Part shown: positions 35,649-43,524 of the stretch, piece after piece
Numbering within the stretch: the first letter of the stretch is position 1
Layout: each line of letters opens with the position of its first letter
Source: an uncultured Pseudobdellovibrionaceae bacterium
Lineage (GTDB): Bacteria; Bdellovibrionota; Bdellovibrionia; Bdellovibrionales; JAGQZY01
Direction: 5' to 3'
Assembly (NCBI GenBank): GCA_964424215.1
Contig: CAYRIE010000001.1
Coordinates: 1-50,921, forward strand
Length of the DNA stretch: 50,921 nt
Notes under the pieces: generated by a model
What the model was told of the DNA's origin: nothing
The model's database searches: none
Seen by the model: only the letters and a program-made list of their open reading frames with translations
Translations under genes and position numbers: made by a program

Positions 35649-36122
35649 ATGTTTCAACTAAATGATGAGACCAAAGCCTATGTGCAAAGCGAAATGAAAC
35701 GCTATGAAACCATAGAGTCGGCCATTATACCGGCACTCTTTAAGGTTCAGGAGCAGAACAAGGGTTGGGTTCCAGCCGAAGCGATCGCTTCGTTGAGCCT
35801 TGAGATGGGAATTCCCGAATCTCGAATCCACGAAGTGTTTCATTTTTATACCATGTTCAACAAAGATCCCTCGGGAAACTACCACGTGCAGGTTTGCACG
35901 AACGTGGCCTGCGCCATGGCCGGCTCTCGAGAGTTGCTCTCCCAGTTCCTTAAAACCTTTCAAGTCAGACCTGGTGAAGTGACCGCCGATGGGAAGTTCA
36001 AATTCAGCGCCGTTGAATGCCTGGGATCCTGTGACACGGCTCCCATGATGCAGGTGAACGAGGACTACGTTGAGAACCTCACCACCGAAAGTGCCTTGGA
36101 CCATCTGAAGGAGCTCAAATAA
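35649..36122 (+). CDS. nuoE: NADH-quinone oxidoreductase subunit E
   Basis: Thioredoxin-like 2Fe-2S pattern (HVQVCTNVACAMAG ... VECLGSCDTAPMMQVN). ATG at 35649 follows GGAG; the ORF-track 35616 start overlaps nuoCD. Confidence 0.9.
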   Translation: MFQLNDETKAYVQSEMKRYETIESAIIPALFKVQEQNKGWVPAEAIASLSLEMGIPESRIHEVFHFYTMFNKDPSGNYHVQVCTNVACAMAGSRELLSQFLKTFQVRPGEVTADGKFKFSAVECLGSCDTAPMMQVNEDYVENLTTESALDHLKELK

Positions 36123-37411
36123 TGGAAGTCAAATTACTTACCGAGCATTATCACGAGGACTCCTACCGCACGCTTGACGGCTATAAGGCCCGCGGCGGTT
36201 ACGAAACGCTAGCTAAAGCGCTTAAGATGCCCAAGGCAGATCTTCTAAAAGAAGTTATGGACTCAGGCCTGAGGGGCCGGGGCGGGGCGGGCTTTCCCAC
36301 GGGTAGAAAGTGGTCCTTTTTGCCTCAAAACAATGAAACGCGCTATCTGCTTTGCAACGCCGATGAAGGCGAGCCTTGCACCTTTAAAGATCGGCTGATG
36401 ATGGAGCGGGCTCCTCACCAGCTGATCGAAGGAATGATCATCTCAGCTTTCACCATCGGCTCTCCCAAGTCCTATATATATGTGCGGGGCGAGTACGTTA
36501 AAGCCCGCAAGATTTTGCGAGCCGCACTTGATGAGGCCTACGCAGCCGGTCTGCTGGGTAAAAACATCCTGGGCTCTGGTTTTGATCACGATATGGATGT
36601 CTACGGCGGCGCCGGAGCCTATATCTGCGGAGAAGAGACGGGAATGATCTCCTCGCTTGAGGGCAAAAAGGGTCAACCTAAACTTAAGCCCCCATTCCCT
36701 GCAGTGAAGGGCTATTTGGGTAAGCCCACGATTGTGAACAACGTGGAAACGCTGGCCGCTGTGGTGCCCATCGTTCGCGACGGCGCAAGCGCCTACAAGA
36801 AGTTTGGTACGGAAAAATCACCCGGCACCAAACTTTTCAGTGTCAGTGGAGACGTGCAAAAGCCGGGCAACTACGAGCTGCCGTTGGGCTTCCCTATGAA
36901 AAGGTTGATCGAAGAGGTTTGCGGCGGCCTTCGCTCTGGGCGAACTCTTAAGGCTGTGATTCCTGGCGGAACCTCAGCACCGGTGCTGACCAAGGCCGAA
37001 GCCGAAGCTGCCACGCTCGATTACGAAAGCTTGGCTGAAATGGGGAGCATGCTCGGCTCCGGCTCTATCGTGATCATCGACGACACCCGCTGCATGGTGG
37101 ATCTGCTTGAAGTTATCACTCATTTTTATCAGCACGAATCCTGTGGTCAGTGCACACCTTGTCGAGAGGGCACGGGCTGGCTGCACAAGATCGTAAACAG
37201 CATCACCCAGGGCCGGGGCCGACTTCAGGACCTGGACACCATTTGCAAGGTGGCTGACAACATGAAGGGCCGGACCATTTGTGCACTTTCCGATGCAGCG
37301 GCCTTCCCCGTATTAAGTTTTGTTCCAAAATTCCGCGGCGAGTTTGAATTCTTTATTCGCGAAGGTCGCTCACAAGTTAAGGGAAAAGCACATGCTGAAA
37401 TGTACTCTTAA
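36122..37411 (+). CDS. nuoF: NADH-quinone oxidoreductase subunit F
   Basis: GLRGRGGAGFPTGRKW (FMN site), CNADEGEPCTFKDR, ESCGQCTPCREG (N3 cluster). Confidence 0.92.
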   Translation: MEVKLLTEHYHEDSYRTLDGYKARGGYETLAKALKMPKADLLKEVMDSGLRGRGGAGFPTGRKWSFLPQNNETRYLLCNADEGEPCTFKDRLMMERAPHQLIEGMIISAFTIGSPKSYIYVRGEYVKARKILRAALDEAYAAGLLGKNILGSGFDHDMDVYGGAGAYICGEETGMISSLEGKKGQPKLKPPFPAVKGYLGKPTIVNNVETLAAVVPIVRDGASAYKKFGTEKSPGTKLFSVSGDVQKPGNYELPLGFPMKRLIEEVCGGLRSGRTLKAVIPGGTSAPVLTKAEAEAATLDYESLAEMGSMLGSGSIVIIDDTRCMVDLLEVITHFYQHESCGQCTPCREGTGWLHKIVNSITQGRGRLQDLDTICKVADNMKGRTICALSDAAAFPVLSFVPKFRGEFEFFIREGRSQVKGKAHAEMYS

Positions 37412-38987
37412 TGGCAGACAGGTTGAAGTTAAAGAAGGCACGACCATCATCGAAGCCTTCAAGCAGTCAGGTCAGGACATAGCTCACTACTGTTGGCATC
37501 CCGGACTTTCTGTGGCCGGCGTTTGCCGCCTGTGCATGGTGAAAATTGAAGGCAACCCGAAGCTTCAGATTGCCTGCAACACCGAAGTGCAAGAGGGAAT
37601 GGTCATCTCTAACCAAATCGATGAGGTGAAAGAGGCCGTTCGTTGGGGACTTGATTTTCACCTGATCAACCACCCGCTGGACTGCCCCATTTGTGATCAA
37701 GCAGGGGAGTGTGAGCTTCAGAACCAGTACATGCAGTTTGGTAAGTACGACCCGGAGATGGCAGAGCACAAGGTCACCAAGCGCAAAGTCGTCGATTTGG
37801 GTGAGCGCGTGGTTTTGGACTCTGAGCGCTGTATTCTGTGCGCTCGCTGCGTAAGGTTCACTGATGAAGTGAGCAAGACCCACGAGCTGGGGATTTTCAA
37901 TCGCGGTGACCGCTCTGAAATCGGCACGTATGAAGACAAGCCGCTCAATAACAACTACTCGCTCAACACCGTAGACATCTGCCCGGTGGGCGCGCTGACC
38001 TCTAAGGACTTCAGATTCAAGCAGCGCGTATGGTTCCTGCAAAAGTCAGCCACCGTTTGCACCGGCTGCTCAACGGGTTGCAACGTTGATATTTCCCACA
38101 ATAAGCAGGGCTTTTTCCGTTTGCAGCCTAGATTCAACCCAGAGATCAACGGCCACTGGATGTGTGACAAAGGGCGCGACACCTACAAACATTTGAACGC
38201 CACAGAACAACGCATCGAAGGCCCCAGGGACGATAAGAAGGTGGGTGTGTATCCCCTTAGGCTCACCGAAGGTCAAAAGATAACCGCCTCAGGCACTGAG
38301 TACCTGTCGGTTGAGGACACGCTGGCTCAGGCCAAAAAGCTTTTTAAGAGCTACTCTGCAAGCGAAATTGCCTTGGTGGTCACCGGGCAACAGACCACCG
38401 AGGAGATCTCAGCCATGGTGGGCCTGTTTAGTAAAGATCTTGGCTCCTCTAATATTTTCTATTGGATCAACAACCCAGAAGATTTTGATAAGTTCGATGG
38501 CCTCCTCTTTAGAGGCGATCGAAATCCGAACTCCAAGGGTGCTATGAAAGTTCTAGCCGATCACAAGGCTGAAAAGCCTTGGGCTGAGCTCTCCTCGGGC
38601 CTCACCGCAGGTTCCATCAAGTTGGTTTTAGTTATGGGACCAGAAAACATCAGTGTGTACCCTGACTTTGATGCCAAGTGGAGCGAGCTCTCCGCTGCTG
38701 AGACGGTGATTTGGGCTTCGGCCTCTCTTCACCCAAGCTTTAGAGCTGCCAAAACTCAGAGCCTGCTCGTACCTTTAAGAACCTATGTCGAGAAGTTCGG
38801 AACTTTTATCAACTTCCAAGGCAAAGAGCAGGCCATCAGCCCGGTCAGGGTTTTGGTGGACGCTGCGGTCACGGGTGTGGAGCTGGCCAGTGCCCTGAAG
38901 GGCGAGAGCTTACCCGAGAGCCGGCCTGAATCATCACCTGTGGAGCAGGTTAAAAACGAATTTGTTTACGTGCGAGGTGAGTTATGA
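37392..38987 (+). CDS. nuoG: NADH-quinone oxidoreductase subunit G (short, ~531 aa)
   Basis: 2Fe-2S ligands (CWHPGLSVAGVCRLCMV ... IACNT), HPLDCPICDQAGECELQ, SERCILCARCVRF ... DICPVGAL, and CTGCSTGCNV ... WMCDKGR. ATG at 37392 (MLKCTLNGRQVEV) overlaps the nuoF end. Confidence 0.85.
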   Translation: MLKCTLNGRQVEVKEGTTIIEAFKQSGQDIAHYCWHPGLSVAGVCRLCMVKIEGNPKLQIACNTEVQEGMVISNQIDEVKEAVRWGLDFHLINHPLDCPICDQAGECELQNQYMQFGKYDPEMAEHKVTKRKVVDLGERVVLDSERCILCARCVRFTDEVSKTHELGIFNRGDRSEIGTYEDKPLNNNYSLNTVDICPVGALTSKDFRFKQRVWFLQKSATVCTGCSTGCNVDISHNKQGFFRLQPRFNPEINGHWMCDKGRDTYKHLNATEQRIEGPRDDKKVGVYPLRLTEGQKITASGTEYLSVEDTLAQAKKLFKSYSASEIALVVTGQQTTEEISAMVGLFSKDLGSSNIFYWINNPEDFDKFDGLLFRGDRNPNSKGAMKVLADHKAEKPWAELSSGLTAGSIKLVLVMGPENISVYPDFDAKWSELSAAETVIWASASLHPSFRAAKTQSLLVPLRTYVEKFGTFINFQGKEQAISPVRVLVDAAVTGVELASALKGESLPESRPESSPVEQVKNEFVYVRGEL

Positions 38988-39514
38988 GTCTAGTTAAAAA
39001 GCCTGAGAATGCCTCAAGCTGGATACTTCCTGGCATCTTTAGTGGCATGGCTCTGACGCTAAAGAAGCTCGTAAAGAATATGTTCAACAAGGATAAGATG
39101 GTGACCCTCAATTATCCGGAGGAGAAGTACGAATACTCTCCGCGGTTTAAGGGCAACCACGTTTTGACTGTGAACAAAGAGGGCAAAGTGCGCTGCACAG
39201 CCTGTATGCTGTGTGCCACCGCCTGTCCCGCGGATTGCATCTCCATCGTGGCTTCCGAAGACGAAGATCCCAACGTGGAAAAGTATCCTATCTCCTATGA
39301 GATTGATATTCTTCGCTGTGTATTTTGTGGCATGTGTGAAGAGGCCTGTCCTGTGGATGCCATCCGCATGGGGCCTGAGTGGCAAACTCCCGGATCCAAC
39401 GGCGAGTCCTTCATCTACGACATTCAGCACCTGGCTTACCGGAAAAATCTCAACGGCGGTAAAGGCATTCAGTCCCTCGTCGATGATGAGGAACGCCACA
39501 AGCTCGGAATTTAA
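38984..39514 (+). CDS. nuoI: NADH-quinone oxidoreductase subunit I
   Basis: Two 4Fe-4S ferredoxin motifs (CTACMLCATACP and CVFCGMCEEACP). NuoI-like size. ATGA overlap with nuoG. Confidence 0.85.
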   Translation: MSLVKKPENASSWILPGIFSGMALTLKKLVKNMFNKDKMVTLNYPEEKYEYSPRFKGNHVLTVNKEGKVRCTACMLCATACPADCISIVASEDEDPNVEKYPISYEIDILRCVFCGMCEEACPVDAIRMGPEWQTPGSNGESFIYDIQHLAYRKNLNGGKGIQSLVDDEERHKLGI

Positions 39515-41574
39515 GGCAGCATAAGCGACTTAAACAGCTCGCCCGTTGTGCCGGAGGTCCAAAACTCCGTCTGCTCTGCGGGCTGTAGGCCCCGCTGCCT
39601 CAGCAGCTCCTCGGCCACCTGAGAGGTTTCTTGACTGGTCACTCTCAGCTCAGGTGAGCCTGCCTGAATCGTAAAGGCCCAAACTCTGGATTCAGCAAAA
39701 TCATAGAAAGTCTCTGCGAGGTACTGCCAGCCCTTCCCCCCAAAGGTGGGGTAAAGTAGGGCCTGGGGCGGCACAAACCTGTGAAGCTCCAGCGGAATCA
39801 GATAAAAGCTCTGGTCCAGAGCTAGCTGCCCATCCAGGGTGGCTCCAAGGTCCCATGGTGAGAGGATCTCCTCGGTGATATCGCACACCTCAACGGGGGT
39901 GCGCTCATCCATTCGGGCCATCGTCGCCAGGGGGAAAAACCTAAGGTTTTTAAACTGCTCATAATAAATTCGGTCGCCGCCGCCGGGGACCAGCTCATCG
40001 ATCTCTCCAGAGACCTTGTTCAGTGCGAAGATGTACTGCTGCTCTGAAAGTTCGGCTGCATCTACAAATCGCAGCGCCGGAAACAAAAGAGTGATGTTTT
40101 TATAAAGCTGCTCGGCTTTGTCCTTAAGTTGTCGGTAGGCTTCAGCCGGCTCAGCCAAACTGCTAAGCTCGGCAAGAACACCGCGAAGGATGGCCGTTTC
40201 GGCCTCCGTGAGCTCTTCAGGATTTCCCCAATGGTCGATATCGCTGGATTTTCGCATCAGGTTTTTAAGCGGGTTGTAGTAGGTCTTAAGATTCCACAGC
40301 TCAGGCGAGTGGGAAAGCTTCGTGCTGAAAAAGCAGGCTTGATTATCAGCCCAGTCTCCCACGGCGGTTTGGCAGCGGTTTCTCTCATCAGCCAAAGAGA
40401 TGGCCAGAGCCAGCCGCTGCAGCTGGTGCGCGCGCTGATGAATTTCAAACGTCGACTCATACTCCTGACAGCCGGTGGTGCTTTGACCCTCTAGGCACAT
40501 TTGGGAAAGGCTAAGGCTTGCCCGCGAGTCCACCGTCATTTGGAACACATGAGACATGCTGTGCTCAAAAACTTCCTTAGCTGTGGCCACACTCAAAAAG
40601 GCCAGCTGATCCCTACTCACCACGGAGTGGGCGGTTAAAGGATCTATCCCCTTCTCAAATTCCACTTCGGCCAGGACATCATAAAAGGGAAACTCATAGT
40701 TTATGTTGTGGGACTCATAGGTATCTTTGGCATCTAAAAGTGCCAGGGGAGAGTACACATCCACGTTCCCAAGGCCCGGAACAAAGGCCATCCCGATGGG
40801 GCGCGTTCGTAAGATGCGGTCGCTCCAATGGGGCCAGTGAGTCTGAACTGTTGCCTCTTCAGTTCCCGAGCAGCGCGGGATACGAAAGTACTCTCGACTC
40901 TCAGCAGTTACCTCTCGAGGAGTCAGACCTGAAAGGTAATGGTCAAAGCGTTCTGAAAATCTTCCGTAGGCTGGAGACATTCGAAAAGGAATGCGCAGGC
41001 TGCGATCGGCACGTTCGAAAATCGCAGCGGCATGGGGGTTTCTAAACTCGGGGCCTGCGTCTAAAGCCACAGGAGCGAGCGGTGCAGCTTCGCCTAGGGG
41101 CTCTTCAGGCGTTCGATCTTCTTCTACGACGGCCGGTGACTCATCAAGGACGGGCGGAACTTCAATATGGATTTCTTCAGGGGCCTCTTCCGGCGCAGAT
41201 ACGGGCGGCTCCTCTACTCTTGGAACTTGGGCAGGGGCCGCTCCAGCCACACGGGCATCCCGCTCTTCCTGATCCATGTCGATCGGTGCTGGTCCTTCGG
41301 GCGACTCACTTTGGGCCTCAGCAGGGCTGTGCCCCTCGCCAATAAAGGTGGGAAACTCCGCAACTGGGCCCTCATCGGTACGAGAATCGTCACTGGAGCC
41401 CTCCTCAGCCTGCGTGGGAGCTTGATCTTGGCTGCTAAACAAATCTCCCAGATCTTCGCCCGCGGGTTGAGTATTATCCTGTGTTTTCAGGGGGTTAGCA
41501 ATAGGATCGCCGGCCTCAAACCCAGGTGAGCAAGCCGCCAGTGCCAGTACTAAAATGTAGATCCAAGACTTCAT
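39511..41574 (-). CDS. Hypothetical lipoprotein with acidic/proline-rich disordered N-terminal region
   Basis: Lipobox LALAAC after MKSWIYILV, with the ATG at 41574 preceded by AAGGA at 8 nt. About 170 aa of E/P/A/D-rich low complexity is followed by a ~500 aa region with no family I recognise. The ORF track extends to a TTG at 41601. Confidence 0.5.
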   Translation of the reverse strand: MKSWIYILVLALAACSPGFEAGDPIANPLKTQDNTQPAGEDLGDLFSSQDQAPTQAEEGSSDDSRTDEGPVAEFPTFIGEGHSPAEAQSESPEGPAPIDMDQEERDARVAGAAPAQVPRVEEPPVSAPEEAPEEIHIEVPPVLDESPAVVEEDRTPEEPLGEAAPLAPVALDAGPEFRNPHAAAIFERADRSLRIPFRMSPAYGRFSERFDHYLSGLTPREVTAESREYFRIPRCSGTEEATVQTHWPHWSDRILRTRPIGMAFVPGLGNVDVYSPLALLDAKDTYESHNINYEFPFYDVLAEVEFEKGIDPLTAHSVVSRDQLAFLSVATAKEVFEHSMSHVFQMTVDSRASLSLSQMCLEGQSTTGCQEYESTFEIHQRAHQLQRLALAISLADERNRCQTAVGDWADNQACFFSTKLSHSPELWNLKTYYNPLKNLMRKSSDIDHWGNPEELTEAETAILRGVLAELSSLAEPAEAYRQLKDKAEQLYKNITLLFPALRFVDAAELSEQQYIFALNKVSGEIDELVPGGGDRIYYEQFKNLRFFPLATMARMDERTPVEVCDITEEILSPWDLGATLDGQLALDQSFYLIPLELHRFVPPQALLYPTFGGKGWQYLAETFYDFAESRVWAFTIQAGSPELRVTSQETSQVAEELLRQRGLQPAEQTEFWTSGTTGELFKSLMLP

Positions 41575-41648
41575 CCACATCATCCTTCGTAGGTGGTGCA
41601 AGACCTATTCCTCTTGACCCTAGGGCTCTGTCATCGAAAATAAAGAGA

Positions 41649-42611
41649 GTGACTCATCAACTTCCGCTACCAGAAAACTACTACGATTTAACAAAGACGC
41701 TACGGGCGTCATGGCAGGTGGAGTCTTCGACTCTTATGGAGTTGTTCCCGAGTCCCTATCAAGCTCTGTTTGAAATCACCCTTGGTTTACAACAAATCTT
41801 CACCACACGAAAGGTATGTTTATTCCAGCGAGGTTTTCATCCCTACGCCGAAGAGATTGCGCTGCGATTTGCAAGGCTTGGCTTTAGAATCGAATGGATT
41901 GAGCGGGACGGTGCCAACCTTACTGCCCTTAGAGAAAAGAGCAGAGAAGTGCTTTTTGTGCTCTACAGTGAAGATCACCCATTCACCGGCGAGCACCTTT
42001 CTGCAGAAGCTTTAGATAGATTTCTAAAATTTCCAGCCTATAGCTTGGGCTTATCCTTTGCCGCTCACCGCAGACCGAAGCTCTGGACAACGCCTTTGCC
42101 TCTTCAGGGATTTATCTACGTGCTCGCTGACGGCCGAACCGTGGCCACGCTCGGGCAGAGGTTCAAAATTTCACTCACGCTCTCAGCCCATTTACTCACC
42201 TTATGTCTTGATCTTTCGGAGTGGCAGAACGCCAGATCCTATATTAACGAAAGCCGTGTGTTGGTGGAAGAGTTTGAACAGTTTGCTCAGACTCAGTTGG
42301 CTGCTCAAAGCTTTGCCTTCAAAGGTCCACGAATTTATGACCGATCTGTTTTGCGTTTTCCTCGTGTGGATAGCACGGCCATAAGAGAGCACCTGGTGGA
42401 GAAAGACTCAAAGTACGAGGATATTTTACCCTTTGGGTTGAACTTTCATCGATCCGAAAAATCAGTCAAATGGATGCTGCAGGCTGGGCACACACTGGAA
42501 TCTCTGCAGGGGCTGGTGGCTATTCCACTGCCCCTGCTAACTGCTGAGTTTAAAGAAGAACTTAGGGAGTCGGTTCAGAGAGTGGCGCAGCTTCAAGACT
42601 TAAATTTTTAA
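41649..42611 (+). CDS. Hypothetical protein
   Basis: A long ORF with coding-like composition and no recognisable motifs. I chose the GTG at 41649 to avoid overlapping the divergent lipoprotein gene. Alternatives are 41526 (GTG) and 41736 (ATG). Confidence 0.4.
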   Translation: MTHQLPLPENYYDLTKTLRASWQVESSTLMELFPSPYQALFEITLGLQQIFTTRKVCLFQRGFHPYAEEIALRFARLGFRIEWIERDGANLTALREKSREVLFVLYSEDHPFTGEHLSAEALDRFLKFPAYSLGLSFAAHRRPKLWTTPLPLQGFIYVLADGRTVATLGQRFKISLTLSAHLLTLCLDLSEWQNARSYINESRVLVEEFEQFAQTQLAAQSFAFKGPRIYDRSVLRFPRVDSTAIREHLVEKDSKYEDILPFGLNFHRSEKSVKWMLQAGHTLESLQGLVAIPLPLLTAEFKEELRESVQRVAQLQDLNF

Positions 42612-43524
42612 AGTAGTTCAAGGTCTCTGTGAGGCCCCACTCAAGCTCTGTCTGAGGCTCCCACTGAAGCTCCTTGCGCGCGCGCTCGATCACCGGCCGC
42701 CGCACCTTAGGATCGTTTTCCGGCAGCGGCTGATGCTCCACCTTAAGCTCCACGCCCGCAAGCTTTGAGACCACCTGAGCGATTTCTAAAATGGTCATCT
42801 CCTGCGGGTTGCCGATATTTACAGGCGCAGAGAACTCGCTCTCCATCAGGCGGTAGATGCCATCAACTAAGTCCTTCACGTAACAGAGACTTCGCGTCTG
42901 ACTGCCATCACCGTAAACTGTGAGCGCCTCTCCCCTCAGGGCTTGGTTCATAAAGTTCGGAATCACGCGGCCATCATCAGCGCGCATACGGGGGCCGTAG
43001 GTGTTAAAGATTCTAACAACTCGCACATCAAGTCCGTGCTCTCTTTGGTAAGCGTAGCTCAGGGCCTCTCCCACACGCTTTGCCTCATCGTAACAGCTGC
43101 GCGGCCCAATGGGATTGACGTTGCCAAAATAGGACTCCCGCTGAGGGTGCTCCAAAGCATCCCCATAAACTTCACTTGAGGAGGCCAGTAAAACTCGGCT
43201 TTGGTGCTCTTTTGCGTACTCGAGCAAATGGGTGTGCCCAAAGCAGGCCGTCTTAAGAATCGCTACGGGGATTTTGTCAAAGTCCTTGGGTGAAGCAGGT
43301 GAGGCCAAGTTGTAAATGCGGTCAAATTTTTTAAGTTGGGGGAGGGGGGCTGCGATGTCATGGCGGATGAACTCAATTTGGGATCTGAATGATTCCATAT
43401 TGGCCGTGCGACCCGTGACCAAATTGTCCATCACGGTGACCTGGTAGCCCTTTTCTAAAAGCAGCTCAGTTAGATGGCTTCCCACAAAGCCTGCGCCGCC
43501 CACTACAAGTGCCGTTTTAGCCAT
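42562..43524 (-). CDS. uxs: UDP-glucuronate decarboxylase (UDP-xylose synthase-type SDR)
   Basis: GGAGFVGSH Rossmann motif. Strong UXS-like core (LASSSEVYGDALEHPQRESYFGNVNPIGPRSCYDEAKR ... RIFNTYGPRM ... DGRVIPNF ... VYGDGSQTRSLCYV). Confidence 0.85.
   Translation of the reverse strand: MAKTALVVGGAGFVGSHLTELLLEKGYQVTVMDNLVTGRTANMESFRSQIEFIRHDIAAPLPQLKKFDRIYNLASPASPKDFDKIPVAILKTACFGHTHLLEYAKEHQSRVLLASSSEVYGDALEHPQRESYFGNVNPIGPRSCYDEAKRVGEALSYAYQREHGLDVRVVRIFNTYGPRMRADDGRVIPNFMNQALRGEALTVYGDGSQTRSLCYVKDLVDGIYRLMESEFSAPVNIGNPQEMTILEIAQVVSKLAGVELKVEHQPLPENDPKVRRPVIERARKELQWEPQTELEWGLTETLNYFKNLSLEAAPLSEPTP

Noticed and set aside
41526-41648. GTG-initiated extension of the 41526-42611 ORF, and the TTG-initiated extension (41575-41601) of the divergent lipoprotein gene.
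   Set aside because: The two extensions overlap each other on opposite strands. Shorter starts (41649 on plus, 41574 on minus) remove the overlap, and the minus-strand one has a well-spaced AAGGA. The start calls remain uncertain.
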